Positions 55,462-64,000 of a stretch of DNA of 64,000 nucleotides are shown here, piece by piece. Within the stretch, counting starts at the first letter, position 1, and each line of letters opens with the position of its first letter. This stretch comes from Verrucomicrobiales bacterium (lineage in GTDB: Bacteria; Verrucomicrobiota; Verrucomicrobiia; Limisphaerales; CANJXF01). The DNA is taken from positions 1,462-65,461 of the forward strand of contig CANJXF010000013.1 in assembly GCA_947478865.1 (NCBI GenBank), written 5' to 3'. Made by a program: the position numbers and the translations under genes. Below the pieces are notes generated by a model. That model was not told where the DNA came from and ran no database searches. It was given only the letters and a program-made list of their open reading frames with translations.

Positions 55462-58400
55462 ATGAAAACTTCAGGGAGGGCATCGGTGGCGGTTCCTATA
55501 TTCATTTTCGGACTACTTTTTAGTTTCAGTCTTTCAACATTAGGAAAGCCGCGTTCGCCGTTGCCGCCTCTGCCTGAAATGGCTCCGGTGCTTGAGCACA
55601 TTGATTTTAACGAACCGCTTTGGGACGGCGGCGGTAAAGCGGAATTTTTCACGACGGCTTACGGCGAGTTGTGGGAAAGTTGGTCCGGTTATTCTCTCGT
55701 GCGCGGCGGTCAATCGGTTTCTCCTTACATTTTGCCGCTGATCAGTGATTCGGGGAAAACGAATTTGACTGCCTCACAAGGAGCGATTCGGCTTTGGTTT
55801 CAGCCCGATTGGACTACCGGTTCTGGACCTGGAAAAAATGCGCGGCTGCTGGAAATGAATGTGCTGCCGTCGCCGCAGATGTATGTCAACTGGTCGCTTT
55901 ATTTCAGCGACGACGGCTCGAAACTTATTTTGAGTGGACAGACGGGAAAGGGAGCGGCGGATTTGCTCAGTGCCGAAATCAAATGGGAATCCGGCGCATC
56001 GCACTGCCTTGGTCTGAATTACAGTGAAAAACAGACGGAACTGTTTATTGACGGAAACCTGGTGGCTCAAGGTGGAGGCGTTTTGCCGGTTTCGCCGTCA
56101 GTGAGTGGATTGGTTGTCGGCAGCACCATCGAAGGCACGGACACGGCGTCGGGACAATTTGATGAGATCACCACGTTTGGCCGTCCGTTGAGCGCAGCAG
56201 AAGTTTCTTTTTATTATTCTGCTCTCAAACAAACGGCGGCACTCGGACCCATTTCAGCAGCAGAAGAGGCGCAGAAAGCCGCTGTCGCAAAGTATCGCCA
56301 GGAGCTACAAACGGAATCTGAATCTTCCGGCGCATATCGCGTCAATGGCGGCGTCACCAACTGCCCGACCAATGGGCCGGTTTACATCACGAATATTTTT
56401 TCGATTCTGACGACCAATGGAGATGCAACGGTGACCTTTGACATTGTCGGCGGCACGAATGGGATTCTTTACGATATTTTCAGCGCCACAAATCTCGTGG
56501 GCAACAGCATTACGAACGGAGCTTGGACCTGGCTGGAACAGGGCTACACCTGCAATAGTTACATTTACACCAATCAGCCGGGGACGTTTGCGTTCTATGT
56601 TTTGGGCACTCCACTGGACACCGACAGTGACGGGTTGACCGACGCTTACGAATTTCTTGTGAGCAAGACTGACTCAAACGACTCAGACACGGACAACGAT
56701 GGAATTCCCGACGGTTGGGAAGTGGCGCACGGTTTGAATCCGCTTGTGAATGATGCCAGTGACGATCCAGATGGCGATTGGCTGACGAATTTTCAGGAAT
56801 ACCAGGCGGGGAGCAATCCGCATGACAAGATGGTCGTGGCGTGGGGCGAAAATTTATTCGGTGAATGCGACGTGCCGCCCGGTTTGCGAGATGTCGTGGC
56901 AGTTGCGGGCGGCTTTAATTTCAGCATGGCGTTGCGAAGCAATGGAACCGTCGTAGTTTGGGGACAGAATGATTATGGGCAGACGAATGTTCCTGCGGAC
57001 TTGACGAATGCGGCAAGCATTTCTGCATGGCTGTGGTACACCGAGGCACTGCGGCAAGACGGCACCGTGGCTCAATGGGGTGCTTTGGTTCACACGGTTC
57101 CAAGTTCGGCGACCAACCTTGCGGCGATTTCCGTCGGTTACGATTACGCCGTGGGTTTACGCAGCAATGGCACTCTTATCTCATGGGGAGAGAATAGTTA
57201 CCGGACCAATTTATTGGCGGGACTGACGAATGTCGCGGCGATTGCGACATCCACGGATCACAAAGTTGCATTGTTAAGTAATCAAACGCTGGTCGCATGG
57301 GGTTTGACCTACAGCAACCTTGGCTGGAACTTAACCAATGTTCCTGCTGATTTGACCAACGTTTCCAGAATTGCGGTGGGAGAATTTCACACGCTCGCGT
57401 TGAAAGCAGACGGAACAGTCGGTGCATGGGGCGCGGGCGGTCCGACAAATACTTCCGAAAATTATTTGGGAGCGGAGCAAGGGCAATCGGTTGTGCCATC
57501 TGGATTATCGAATGTGACTGCCATTGCGGCTGGCGGTTATCACAGCATGGCCTTGCGCACGGATGGAACCATTGTTTCATGGGGCGATCTCACCCCAGGT
57601 TATTTGCAAAGCAATTATGTCGCGATTGGTTCGGGCACTTTTCATGGACTCGCCATCCGCTCCGGACGATTGCTGCCGCTCATGGCCAAACAACCTTCAG
57701 ACAGAATCGATTTGGCGGGCACGAATATTACTTTCACCGCTCAAGGGGTTGGTTTGGCCGGTGTTCTTTATCAATGGCAGCTCAACGGCACAAATATTTC
57801 AGGAGCGACAAACTCCACACTGACGCTGACGAATGTTCAAGCGGCGAATGAAGGCAGCTACCGAGTGATCATCTCGACCGGAGCGGGTTCCGTCACGACT
57901 TCAAACGCCAATTTTACTTTGGTGATTCCGCCCGTGATCGTTTCAAAGACTCCGTCCACCAACCCGCTGGTGATTTATGCAAGGAGATTTACTTTGAGCG
58001 TGACAGCGACGGCTCCGGGGCAATTCGACGGCTTTCCGCTGAGTTATCAATGGAAATTCAATGGGATAAACATCATCGGAGCTACGGCCAGCAATTGCAC
58101 GACATACGCGCTGCCCGGAACTTATTCGGTGATCGTGAGCAATGCGGCAGGAAGCACGAACGCCGCTTGGGAAGTAACGACGACTTATGAAGGAAGCTAC
58201 ATTGATGTCGGAACCCTCGCCTACCATTTGTCCACCAATGCCGTTTCGCGGACAAACGGCTTTACGGATATTGCCAGTGCTCAGATGCAACTGACTAATT
58301 GGACATATGCCGAATTTACCGAAACAAATTTAGGGCTTTTGACCAATGCTGTCTGGTCAACCAATTGTTGGTTGAAAGGCGTGCAAGGCTTGAGCGCGAC

Positions 58401-58776
58401 GTGCATTGCCGTCAGCAATAATGTCGGGGGGCAGTGGCTGGTGACGATGGTTTCCCCACGCCATTATTTGCGCGCAAACCACACGGGCACTCCTGCGATG
58501 ATGGCTTTTCTGGACACCAACAACGTGATTTATTGGCGAACATCTTTGCAACAGGTGCAGGTTGCAGGTGATACTGACGTTGGAATTCTGGACGCGGATT
58601 TACCTTCGTCGATTGGCTTTTTGTCAGTAGTGCCGACAAATCTTTCAAATTATTTGCCTACAAATGGCCCGGCGGTTATTCAAGCTATCGGTCTCAATCA
58701 GACTAATATGATTTTCAGCCAACCGATGAAGTTTGGATATCAGGCAGTATCATTAATTAGGAGTAGCCGATGTTAG
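55462..58776 (+). CDS. Giant secreted multidomain protein: LamG, TSP3-like Ca-binding repeats, RCC1 repeats, Ig-like domains, and the first part of a chymotrypsin-fold-like domain
   Basis: Signal peptide. LamG-like IRLWFQPDW...LFIDGNLVA. DTDSDGLTDAYE / DTDNDGIPDGWE. Repeated WG.N.YGQ..VP / GG..H..AL. GSYRVIISTGAGS. RHYLRANH ... DTDVGILD. Confidence 0.7.
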   Translation: MKTSGRASVAVPIFIFGLLFSFSLSTLGKPRSPLPPLPEMAPVLEHIDFNEPLWDGGGKAEFFTTAYGELWESWSGYSLVRGGQSVSPYILPLISDSGKTNLTASQGAIRLWFQPDWTTGSGPGKNARLLEMNVLPSPQMYVNWSLYFSDDGSKLILSGQTGKGAADLLSAEIKWESGASHCLGLNYSEKQTELFIDGNLVAQGGGVLPVSPSVSGLVVGSTIEGTDTASGQFDEITTFGRPLSAAEVSFYYSALKQTAALGPISAAEEAQKAAVAKYRQELQTESESSGAYRVNGGVTNCPTNGPVYITNIFSILTTNGDATVTFDIVGGTNGILYDIFSATNLVGNSITNGAWTWLEQGYTCNSYIYTNQPGTFAFYVLGTPLDTDSDGLTDAYEFLVSKTDSNDSDTDNDGIPDGWEVAHGLNPLVNDASDDPDGDWLTNFQEYQAGSNPHDKMVVAWGENLFGECDVPPGLRDVVAVAGGFNFSMALRSNGTVVVWGQNDYGQTNVPADLTNAASISAWLWYTEALRQDGTVAQWGALVHTVPSSATNLAAISVGYDYAVGLRSNGTLISWGENSYRTNLLAGLTNVAAIATSTDHKVALLSNQTLVAWGLTYSNLGWNLTNVPADLTNVSRIAVGEFHTLALKADGTVGAWGAGGPTNTSENYLGAEQGQSVVPSGLSNVTAIAAGGYHSMALRTDGTIVSWGDLTPGYLQSNYVAIGSGTFHGLAIRSGRLLPLMAKQPSDRIDLAGTNITFTAQGVGLAGVLYQWQLNGTNISGATNSTLTLTNVQAANEGSYRVIISTGAGSVTTSNANFTLVIPPVIVSKTPSTNPLVIYARRFTLSVTATAPGQFDGFPLSYQWKFNGINIIGATASNCTTYALPGTYSVIVSNAAGSTNAAWEVTTTYEGSYIDVGTLAYHLSTNAVSRTNGFTDIASAQMQLTNWTYAEFTETNLGLLTNAVWSTNCWLKGVQGLSATCIAVSNNVGGQWLVTMVSPRHYLRANHTGTPAMMAFLDTNNVIYWRTSLQQVQVAGDTDVGILDADLPSSIGFLSVVPTNLSNYLPTNGPAVIQAIGLNQTNMIFSQPMKFGYQAVSLIRSSRC

Positions 58777-58792
58777 TTGGGAGACCAATGCG

Positions 58793-59050
58793 GTGATTCC
58801 TTTTGGGGTAGGTTCCAATTGGAACATTCCTTTAATTGGTGGAGATTCTTCCCTGCCTGAAAGATTACTGATCAATAACCAATTAGTGTTGATTTCCCAC
58901 AATACTCTTCCGAGCGGCGGGCCCAATTACTCCTTCCAGTTTGACGCGATTAACCTGAAGATGCATTATCTCTCGACGAACCATAGCGTTGGAACAGATT
59001 ATCAACTGACGCCCATTTCTTTGACCAATTGGTCAGTCATTACTCAATAA
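58793..59050 (+). CDS. Detached, frame-shifted continuation of the preceding gene (carries the GDS motif)
   Basis: The +1 frame is open from 58757 (LGVADVSWETNAVIPFG...). Contains IGGDSSLPERLLINNQLVLISH. No independent strong RBS. Confidence 0.45.
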   Translation: MIPFGVGSNWNIPLIGGDSSLPERLLINNQLVLISHNTLPSGGPNYSFQFDAINLKMHYLSTNHSVGTDYQLTPISLTNWSVITQ

Positions 59051-59072
59051 TCACCCAAAACCAAAAGACAAA

Positions 59073-59657
59073 ATGAAAACAAAACACCTGATAATCATCG
59101 CTGTTATATTTGGAGCGACATTTCCAGTTTATCCCCAAGGATATATTGTAGCAAACGGCGTTACGACTCCTTCTGCGAACGTATTTCATGTTATACAAAA
59201 TCCAGCAACTTCAGACTATACAGGTTTTGCTTTACCACCCACAGGCGGAAACACATTTACATTCTTCCTTCCTTTTCTTGATGAGGGCGTTCGTATTTTT
59301 TTGGTGTCATTTAATCAGCCAATCAGCCTGCAACCAATTTTGGCGAACAGCTATACTGAGTTGACATATGGTAATGTTTTTGCTAGCGCCTCGCCGTTTT
59401 ATTTGGGGTTTTACACGGGTGCCACTTCCCCTCGAAATGGAATTTACAATGATCCGCTCTTTGGCTGGGCGCTATTGGCCAACAATAGAGGCACGATGCA
59501 ATTGCTCAGTAGTGGGCTGGAATATGGCGGGGGCGGAATCTATGCCGGAACGCAAACCATCATTGGCATTCCCGAACCGGGCACAATCGCTTTGACCGCC
59601 CTCGGCACCGTGCTGCTCGGCTTCCACCGCTGGCGGAAATTGGCACGACGAATATGA
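59073..59657 (+). CDS. PEP-CTERM sorting-domain protein
   Basis: Signal peptide. C-terminus IPEPGTIALTALGTVLLGFHRWRKLARRI (PEP motif + TM + basic tail). Confidence 0.8.
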   Translation: MKTKHLIIIAVIFGATFPVYPQGYIVANGVTTPSANVFHVIQNPATSDYTGFALPPTGGNTFTFFLPFLDEGVRIFLVSFNQPISLQPILANSYTELTYGNVFASASPFYLGFYTGATSPRNGIYNDPLFGWALLANNRGTMQLLSSGLEYGGGGIYAGTQTIIGIPEPGTIALTALGTVLLGFHRWRKLARRI

Positions 59658-59670
59658 AACGCTTGGCCAT
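59571..59670 (+). repeat. PEP-CTERM tail/junction repeat, copy 1
   Basis: 100 nt aligning with 60287-60386, with 9 mismatches counted by eye. A 43-nt core is identical. Spans the stop codon and the next ATG. Confidence 0.85.
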
Positions 59671-59704
59671 TCGTAACCAGATAAAAATCATTAAAGAACT
59701 CAAA

Positions 59705-60373
59705 ATGAAACGTAAGAGGATCAGAAAAACAATCGTTTTAGTTTTTTTTCTTATTTCGGCACATTCAGGTTTATCACAAGGTTTTGTTAACTTGGATTTC
59801 GAATCGGCAAAAATCATTCCCATAGCAGGTAGTCCCTATTCCATAACAGTTTCAAATGCTTTCCCGGGATGGTTTCTTAATGGCAGTATGGAAGGTCAAA
59901 CCACTTACAATGACCCTTCTCTGGGTTCCACAGGAGTATCTCTTTGGGCGACTAACGGCGCTCAAATTAGTGGAAATTTCAGCGCGTTGCTTCAAGCGGG
60001 GCAAGCTTCTTTTCCAGCTACGATCAGCCAGACCGGATTAGTTCCAGCATCCGTCCAATCCCTTCTATTTCAAGCGCAACCAGGGAGAGGTTCGTTGGAA
60101 GTTTATCTGGGTGGTCAAAGCCTTTCCTTTTCTGCTTTGTCTGATGGACCGAATTATACTTTATACGGTGCCGACATTTCCTCTTTCGCCGGGCAAGCCA
60201 AAGAATTGATGTTCTCCGCCTTGCGTGTTTCAACAGGTTTAAACAATTGGACATTGGACAACATCCAATTTTCACCCTCCGCCGTTCCCGAGCCGAGCAC
60301 AATCGCTTTGACTACCCTCGGCACAGTGCTGCTCGGCTTCCACCGCTGGCGGAAATTGGCACGACGAACATGA
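59705..60373 (+). CDS. PEP-CTERM sorting-domain protein
   Basis: Signal peptide MKRKRIRKTIVLVFFLISAHSGLSQG. C-terminus VPEPSTIALTTLGTVLLGFHRWRKLARRT. Confidence 0.8.
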   Translation: MKRKRIRKTIVLVFFLISAHSGLSQGFVNLDFESAKIIPIAGSPYSITVSNAFPGWFLNGSMEGQTTYNDPSLGSTGVSLWATNGAQISGNFSALLQAGQASFPATISQTGLVPASVQSLLFQAQPGRGSLEVYLGGQSLSFSALSDGPNYTLYGADISSFAGQAKELMFSALRVSTGLNNWTLDNIQFSPSAVPEPSTIALTTLGTVLLGFHRWRKLARRT

Positions 60374-60386
60374 AATATTTGGCCAT
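60287..60386 (+). repeat. PEP-CTERM tail/junction repeat, copy 2
   Basis: See copy 1. Followed by a signal-peptide-like stub, MKYLAIIICFFGVIL. Confidence 0.85.
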
Positions 60387-60424
60387 CATCATCTGCTTTT
60401 TCGGGGTAATTCTGCAACAGGCAA

Positions 60425-60470
60425 GGCCGAGCCAAGCATTTACACATTGCTCGGCTGCGTTTTTTTATTT
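60425..60470 (+). terminator. Rho-independent terminator after the PEP-CTERM genes
   Basis: Stem ggccgagc / gctcggc(t) with a ~16-nt loop, followed by tgcgtttttttattt. Confidence 0.6.
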
Positions 60471-60632
60471 GGCGCGGCAAGGGCCACGTTTAAAAGAAGG
60501 CAACGAAGCCACCTGAAATAACCAATTGCTCTACGGGCATATTTCCAGCCGATGGGAAATCATTGAAGGCGATTGCACTGCGCAGTTTAATCCGTTGCAA
60601 GCCGGCCAATTTTTGGCAGGATTTCCGCACTG

Positions 60633-61391
60633 ATGTTACTCGAAAACCTAACCTGGCCGGAGGTCAAATCATTACAAGTGGAGACAAAGATCGTCGTGCT
60701 CCCGCTCGGTTCTTTTGAACAACACGGGCCACATCTGCCGCTGACGACCGACACCGATTTGGTGGCAGCGATTTCGAGGCGGGTCGAACGTGAGCGTCCG
60801 GACAAAATTCTGTGCCTCCCGACGTTGTGGCCCGGACATTCGACGCACCATTTGTTTTTCCCCGGAACCTTGAGCGTCAGCCAGATGCCCTACATCCAGC
60901 TCGTCCTGGAGCTTTGCCGTTCCATCGTGAGCATGGGCGGGAAAAAAGTGTTCCTGCTCAACGGCCACGGCGGAAATGACATTCCACTGCGCGCCGCGTT
61001 GCGCGAATTGAAAACAGAATTTCCTCAAGTGCAGTTTGTCTTTGCGTCCTATTGGTCGATTGCTGCGCAGACCCTCAAGCAGGTTCGCGAATCTGAACCG
61101 GGCGGGCTCGGGCACGCTTGCGAAATGGAAACGTCGCTCATGCTTCACCTGCATCCTGACCGCGTGAAAATGAATCTCGCCAAACGCGACGGGCCGGCGC
61201 ACACCGATCTTTTCCGCAAGGCAGACATGCAATACGCGCGGCCGATTTATTTTGTAAATGAATTCCACGAAGTTTCGTCGAGCGGCGTGGTTGGCCAGCC
61301 GGAATTAGCCTCTGCTGAAAAGGGCGCGCACTTCTTCACGGGCATCGTGAAGGACGTCGTCGGGTTCGTGGACGAATTCTCCACCTGGTGA
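60633..61391 (+). CDS. Creatininase family amidohydrolase
   Basis: VLPLGSFEQHGPHLPLTTDT, NGHGGN, HACEMETS. Confidence 0.8.
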   Translation: MLLENLTWPEVKSLQVETKIVVLPLGSFEQHGPHLPLTTDTDLVAAISRRVERERPDKILCLPTLWPGHSTHHLFFPGTLSVSQMPYIQLVLELCRSIVSMGGKKVFLLNGHGGNDIPLRAALRELKTEFPQVQFVFASYWSIAAQTLKQVRESEPGGLGHACEMETSLMLHLHPDRVKMNLAKRDGPAHTDLFRKADMQYARPIYFVNEFHEVSSSGVVGQPELASAEKGAHFFTGIVKDVVGFVDEFSTW

Positions 61392-61504
61392 ACATCGAAT
61401 CGCGGCAACTTAAAATTCAATTCGACGGCAAGGGGTGCAGACGCGATATTCCCGCCAATGCGTCGCCGCTCCTCGTTCGAGCCATAAGCGACTTCAATAA
61501 TTTT

Positions 61505-62566
61505 ATGCGTTTAATTCCAAGAGTTATTTTCGGCTTGCTCCTGACCGCCTCGGTTTTTCAATCCGCAACCGCGGGCGCCGCAACTTCCCCTGTGCCGAAG
61601 TTTGAGGAAGTTTATCAATTGTTGCGCACCAATGGCACCCTAGCCGAAGCGGAATTAAACCGTGCAGCCGTGCAAGGATTGCTCGATCAATTGCATTCCC
61701 GCGTTGCGCTCGTGACGAACACCGTGGCCGGGGCGGATTCGCTGAGCAAAAATTTCGTGCTCGACGATTCGTTCGCGTATTTTCGCATCGGGCAAGTCGA
61801 GGGCGGCCTCAACGAAAGTTTCAAATCCGCCTACACCAAACTTCTCGCGACGAACAAACTAAAAGGCATTGTTCTCGATTTGCGTTACGCGACGGGCACC
61901 GATTACAGCTCGGGGGCAAGGACCGCCGATTTGTTCATTACCACCGAACAGCCTCTCTTGCGTTGGGGCGAAACTTCCGCCCGTTCTTCCGTCAAAACGA
62001 ACGCCATCGCCTTGCCGGTCGCCGTGTTGGTGAATCGCCAAACTTCAGGTGCGGCCGAAGCGCTTGCGGCGATGTTGCGTGACGCCCAAGTCGGGCTGAT
62101 TCTCGGGACCAACACCGCTGGCCAGGCGAGCGTCTTCAAAGAATTCAAGCTGTCTGACGGGCAAACTCTGAAGGTCGCCTCTTCGCCGGTGAAACTGGGA
62201 AACGGAAAGGAAATTCCAGCCGAAGGATTGAAGCCTGATATTGAAATCGCGGTAAACTCCGCGGATGAACGAGCCTTCTACGACAATCCGTATCGAACAA
62301 CCTCGCGGTCGGCCGTAATCTCGAACTCCTCAACAAATAGCGCGACCGGAAATGCGGACACAAATCGTCCACGCCGGCGCTTGAACGAGGCTGAGTTGGT
62401 CAGGATGCAGCGCGAGGGATTAACCCCAGACCAGGACGTCGTGGAAAAGCCGCTCAAAGAAATGGATGCGATCCACCCGGTCCTGAGCGACCCGGCGCTG
62501 GTGCGAGCCCTGGATTTGTTGAAGGGTTTGGCTGTGGTGCAACGGCAGGCGGAGCGAAAACGCTAA
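61505..62566 (+). CDS. Peptidase S41-like protein, apparently lacking the catalytic Ser/Lys
   Basis: Signal peptide MRLIPRVIFGLLLTASVFQSATA. GIVLDLRYATG and VAVLVNRQTSGAAEALAAMLRDAQVGLILGTNTAGQAS, against the canonical vLvn..SASASEi.a.al.d....lvGe.TfGKG. Confidence 0.6.
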   Translation: MRLIPRVIFGLLLTASVFQSATAGAATSPVPKFEEVYQLLRTNGTLAEAELNRAAVQGLLDQLHSRVALVTNTVAGADSLSKNFVLDDSFAYFRIGQVEGGLNESFKSAYTKLLATNKLKGIVLDLRYATGTDYSSGARTADLFITTEQPLLRWGETSARSSVKTNAIALPVAVLVNRQTSGAAEALAAMLRDAQVGLILGTNTAGQASVFKEFKLSDGQTLKVASSPVKLGNGKEIPAEGLKPDIEIAVNSADERAFYDNPYRTTSRSAVISNSSTNSATGNADTNRPRRRLNEAELVRMQREGLTPDQDVVEKPLKEMDAIHPVLSDPALVRALDLLKGLAVVQRQAERKR

Positions 62567-62572
62567 GGTCTT

Positions 62573-63538
62573 CTAGTCCAAGCCGCTCGCCAGCTTTGCT
62601 CTCTTCAGAACGGATTGCGCGAGTGTCCGCGCTTTCCCCGCGCCTTCCGCAAGAACGTTGTGCACGTAATCCAAATTCGCGGCCAGCTCGGCACGTTTGG
62701 TCCGCGCCTCAGCGAAATAGTTCCAGTAATTCTCGAATAACGCTTTCTTCAAATCGCCGTAGCCGAGTCCGCCAGCGCGCAAACGCGCTTCAAAATCCTT
62801 GGCAACATCGGCCGACGCGACAAGTTTTAGCAGCTGAATCGCCAGATTTTTTTCTGCATCCGGCTTCGGTTCCTGAGGAGAGCGGCTATCCATCGTGAGA
62901 CTCATGATTTTTTTCCGCAGCGCTTTTTCGTCGCCGAAAATCTCGATCGTGTTGCCGTAGCTTTTGCTCATTTTCTGGCCGTCCGTTCCGGGCACCACGG
63001 CGACTTCATCTCGGATGCGCGGCTCGGGAATAACAAATGTCTGGCCGTATTGCTCGTTGAATTTCACCGCAATATCGCGTGTAACTTCGACATGTTGTTT
63101 CTGGTCGCGACCGACGGGAACCACGTTGGAATCGTAAATTAAAATATCCGCCGCCATCAGCACTGGATACGCGAACAAGCCGTGATTTGGTGATACACCC
63201 TTGGCGATTTTATCTTTGTAGCTATGACATTTTTCCAAAAGGCTCATCGGGGTGAGCGTGGTCAAAATCCAGGATAGCTCCGTCACTTCCGGCACATCGG
63301 ATTGGCGGAAGAAAATGGATTTTTTTGGATCCAATCCGCACGCCAAAAAATCCAGCGCAACGTCCAGCGTGTTTTTGCGTCGCTCCGCGGCATCGAACAG
63401 CGACGTCATCGAATGATAATTGGCGATGAAATAATAAGCTTCGCCCTGCTCTTGCAGTTCGATGGCGGGGCGCATCATCCCAAAATAATTTCCGAGATGC
63501 AGCGCGCCAGAAGGTTGAATGCCCGACAGAATTCGCAT
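62573..63538 (-). CDS. trpS: Tryptophan--tRNA ligase
   Basis: SGIQPSGALHLGNYFG (HIGH-type) and KMSKS. 321 aa. Confidence 0.92.
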   Translation of the reverse strand: MRILSGIQPSGALHLGNYFGMMRPAIELQEQGEAYYFIANYHSMTSLFDAAERRKNTLDVALDFLACGLDPKKSIFFRQSDVPEVTELSWILTTLTPMSLLEKCHSYKDKIAKGVSPNHGLFAYPVLMAADILIYDSNVVPVGRDQKQHVEVTRDIAVKFNEQYGQTFVIPEPRIRDEVAVVPGTDGQKMSKSYGNTIEIFGDEKALRKKIMSLTMDSRSPQEPKPDAEKNLAIQLLKLVASADVAKDFEARLRAGGLGYGDLKKALFENYWNYFAEARTKRAELAANLDYVHNVLAEGAGKARTLAQSVLKRAKLASGLD

Positions 63539-63632
63539 GGGCGAAAAGTTAATTGAATTTGCGACTCAGGAAAGCAGGAACTGCGAGGCTGTGGTCGGGC
63601 TGCGCGATAAAAGCAGGCCGAGCGACCCTGAC

Positions 63633-64000
63633 CTACTTCGTCTTCCCACCTGTTCGGACGAACTCCACGCACTGTTTGATGTCAGGAACGGAGTTGGTCC
63701 AGTTGTGCTCGTATTCGATGGAAATGTAGCCGTTGAATTTTTGCCGCTTTAATTCTTTCAACACGCCTTTCACATCGCCGACCCCTTGCCCAAAAATGGT
63801 GTCGTGTTCGGCCTGGCTCAGCGGATCTTTGAGGTGCAGCGAGTGAACCCGCTTTCCGTGAAGTTTGACGGCGTCCACCGGTTTCAAGCCCGACCGAACC
63901 AGATGCCCGGTGTCCAGGCAAAAGCCCATGCGCGGGTCGCGATTTTTCATCAGGCCCGCCGTGTAATTCGGATCCCAATTTTTATAATCTGGGTGCGCCT
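63633..64000 (-). CDS. Sugar phosphate isomerase/epimerase (xylose isomerase-like TIM barrel), 5' end beyond window
   Basis: GFCLDTGH, HLKD, and the ISIEYEH pattern. The frame stays open upstream of the first Met to the window edge. Confidence 0.65.
   Translation of the reverse strand, partial: AHPDYKNWDPNYTAGLMKNRDPRMGFCLDTGHLVRSGLKPVDAVKLHGKRVHSLHLKDPLSQAEHDTIFGQGVGDVKGVLKELKRQKFNGYISIEYEHNWTNSVPDIKQCVEFVRTGGKTK

Noticed and set aside
60370-60516. A 48-codon ORF, MKYLAIIICFFGVILQQARPSQAFTHCSAAFFYLARQGPRLKEGNEAT, after the second PEP-CTERM gene.
   Set aside because: Only the first ~15 codons look like a signal peptide. The rest runs through a terminator hairpin and T-tract (60425-60470). 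Interpreted as the stub of a lost cassette, not a gene.
1-64000. Searched by eye for CRISPR repeat-spacer arrays, rRNA/tRNA genes, IS elements/transposases, integrases, reverse transcriptases and phage structural genes.
   Set aside because: None recognised. Intergenic regions are short, and the only repeats found are the gene-fragment duplications and PEP-CTERM tails listed above. A tRNAscan or Infernal run would be needed to exclude small RNAs formally.

Overview
The window is a 64 kb chromosomal segment with gene content typical of the PVC superphylum, most consistent with Verrucomicrobiota. The markers are a PSCyt/DUF1549/DUF1553 + DUF1501 pair, Cys-type sulfatases with a coupled FGE maturase, PEP-CTERM proteins, HAF repeats and a membrane-tethered ECF sigma factor. 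Coding density is high on both strands. I found no rRNA, tRNA, CRISPR array, transposase or integrase.

Housekeeping genes recognised from motifs: rsgA, trpE, hisF, hisI, ubiE/menG, miaA, lgt and trpS.

Observations worth a second look, roughly in order of interest:
1. A translationally coupled pair (17341-20528) that looks like a divergent ExbB/TolQ/MotA-type plus ExbD/TolR-type ion-driven motor. Its single-pass subunit carries a long Gln-rich coiled coil and a Ser-less chymotrypsin-fold-like domain.
2. A five-gene secreted/lipoprotein cluster (40561-44418) containing LpoB-like and YcfL-like proteins.
3. An ECF sigma factor fused through a TM segment to extracellular HAF repeats.
4. An AT-richer accessory patch (34.7-37.6 kb) with a PD-(D/E)XK nuclease-family gene and several gene-remnant scars.
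5. A tmk-like/tmk-like/ROK/Ppx operon.
6. An in-frame TAA inside a secreted-protein gene.
7. A frameshift that splits a protease-like triad at the end of a giant LamG/RCC1/Ig protein.
8. Near-identical PEP-CTERM tail cassettes.
9. An S41-like protein lacking both catalytic residues.

All family calls come from motif recognition by eye and need HMM or structure confirmation.
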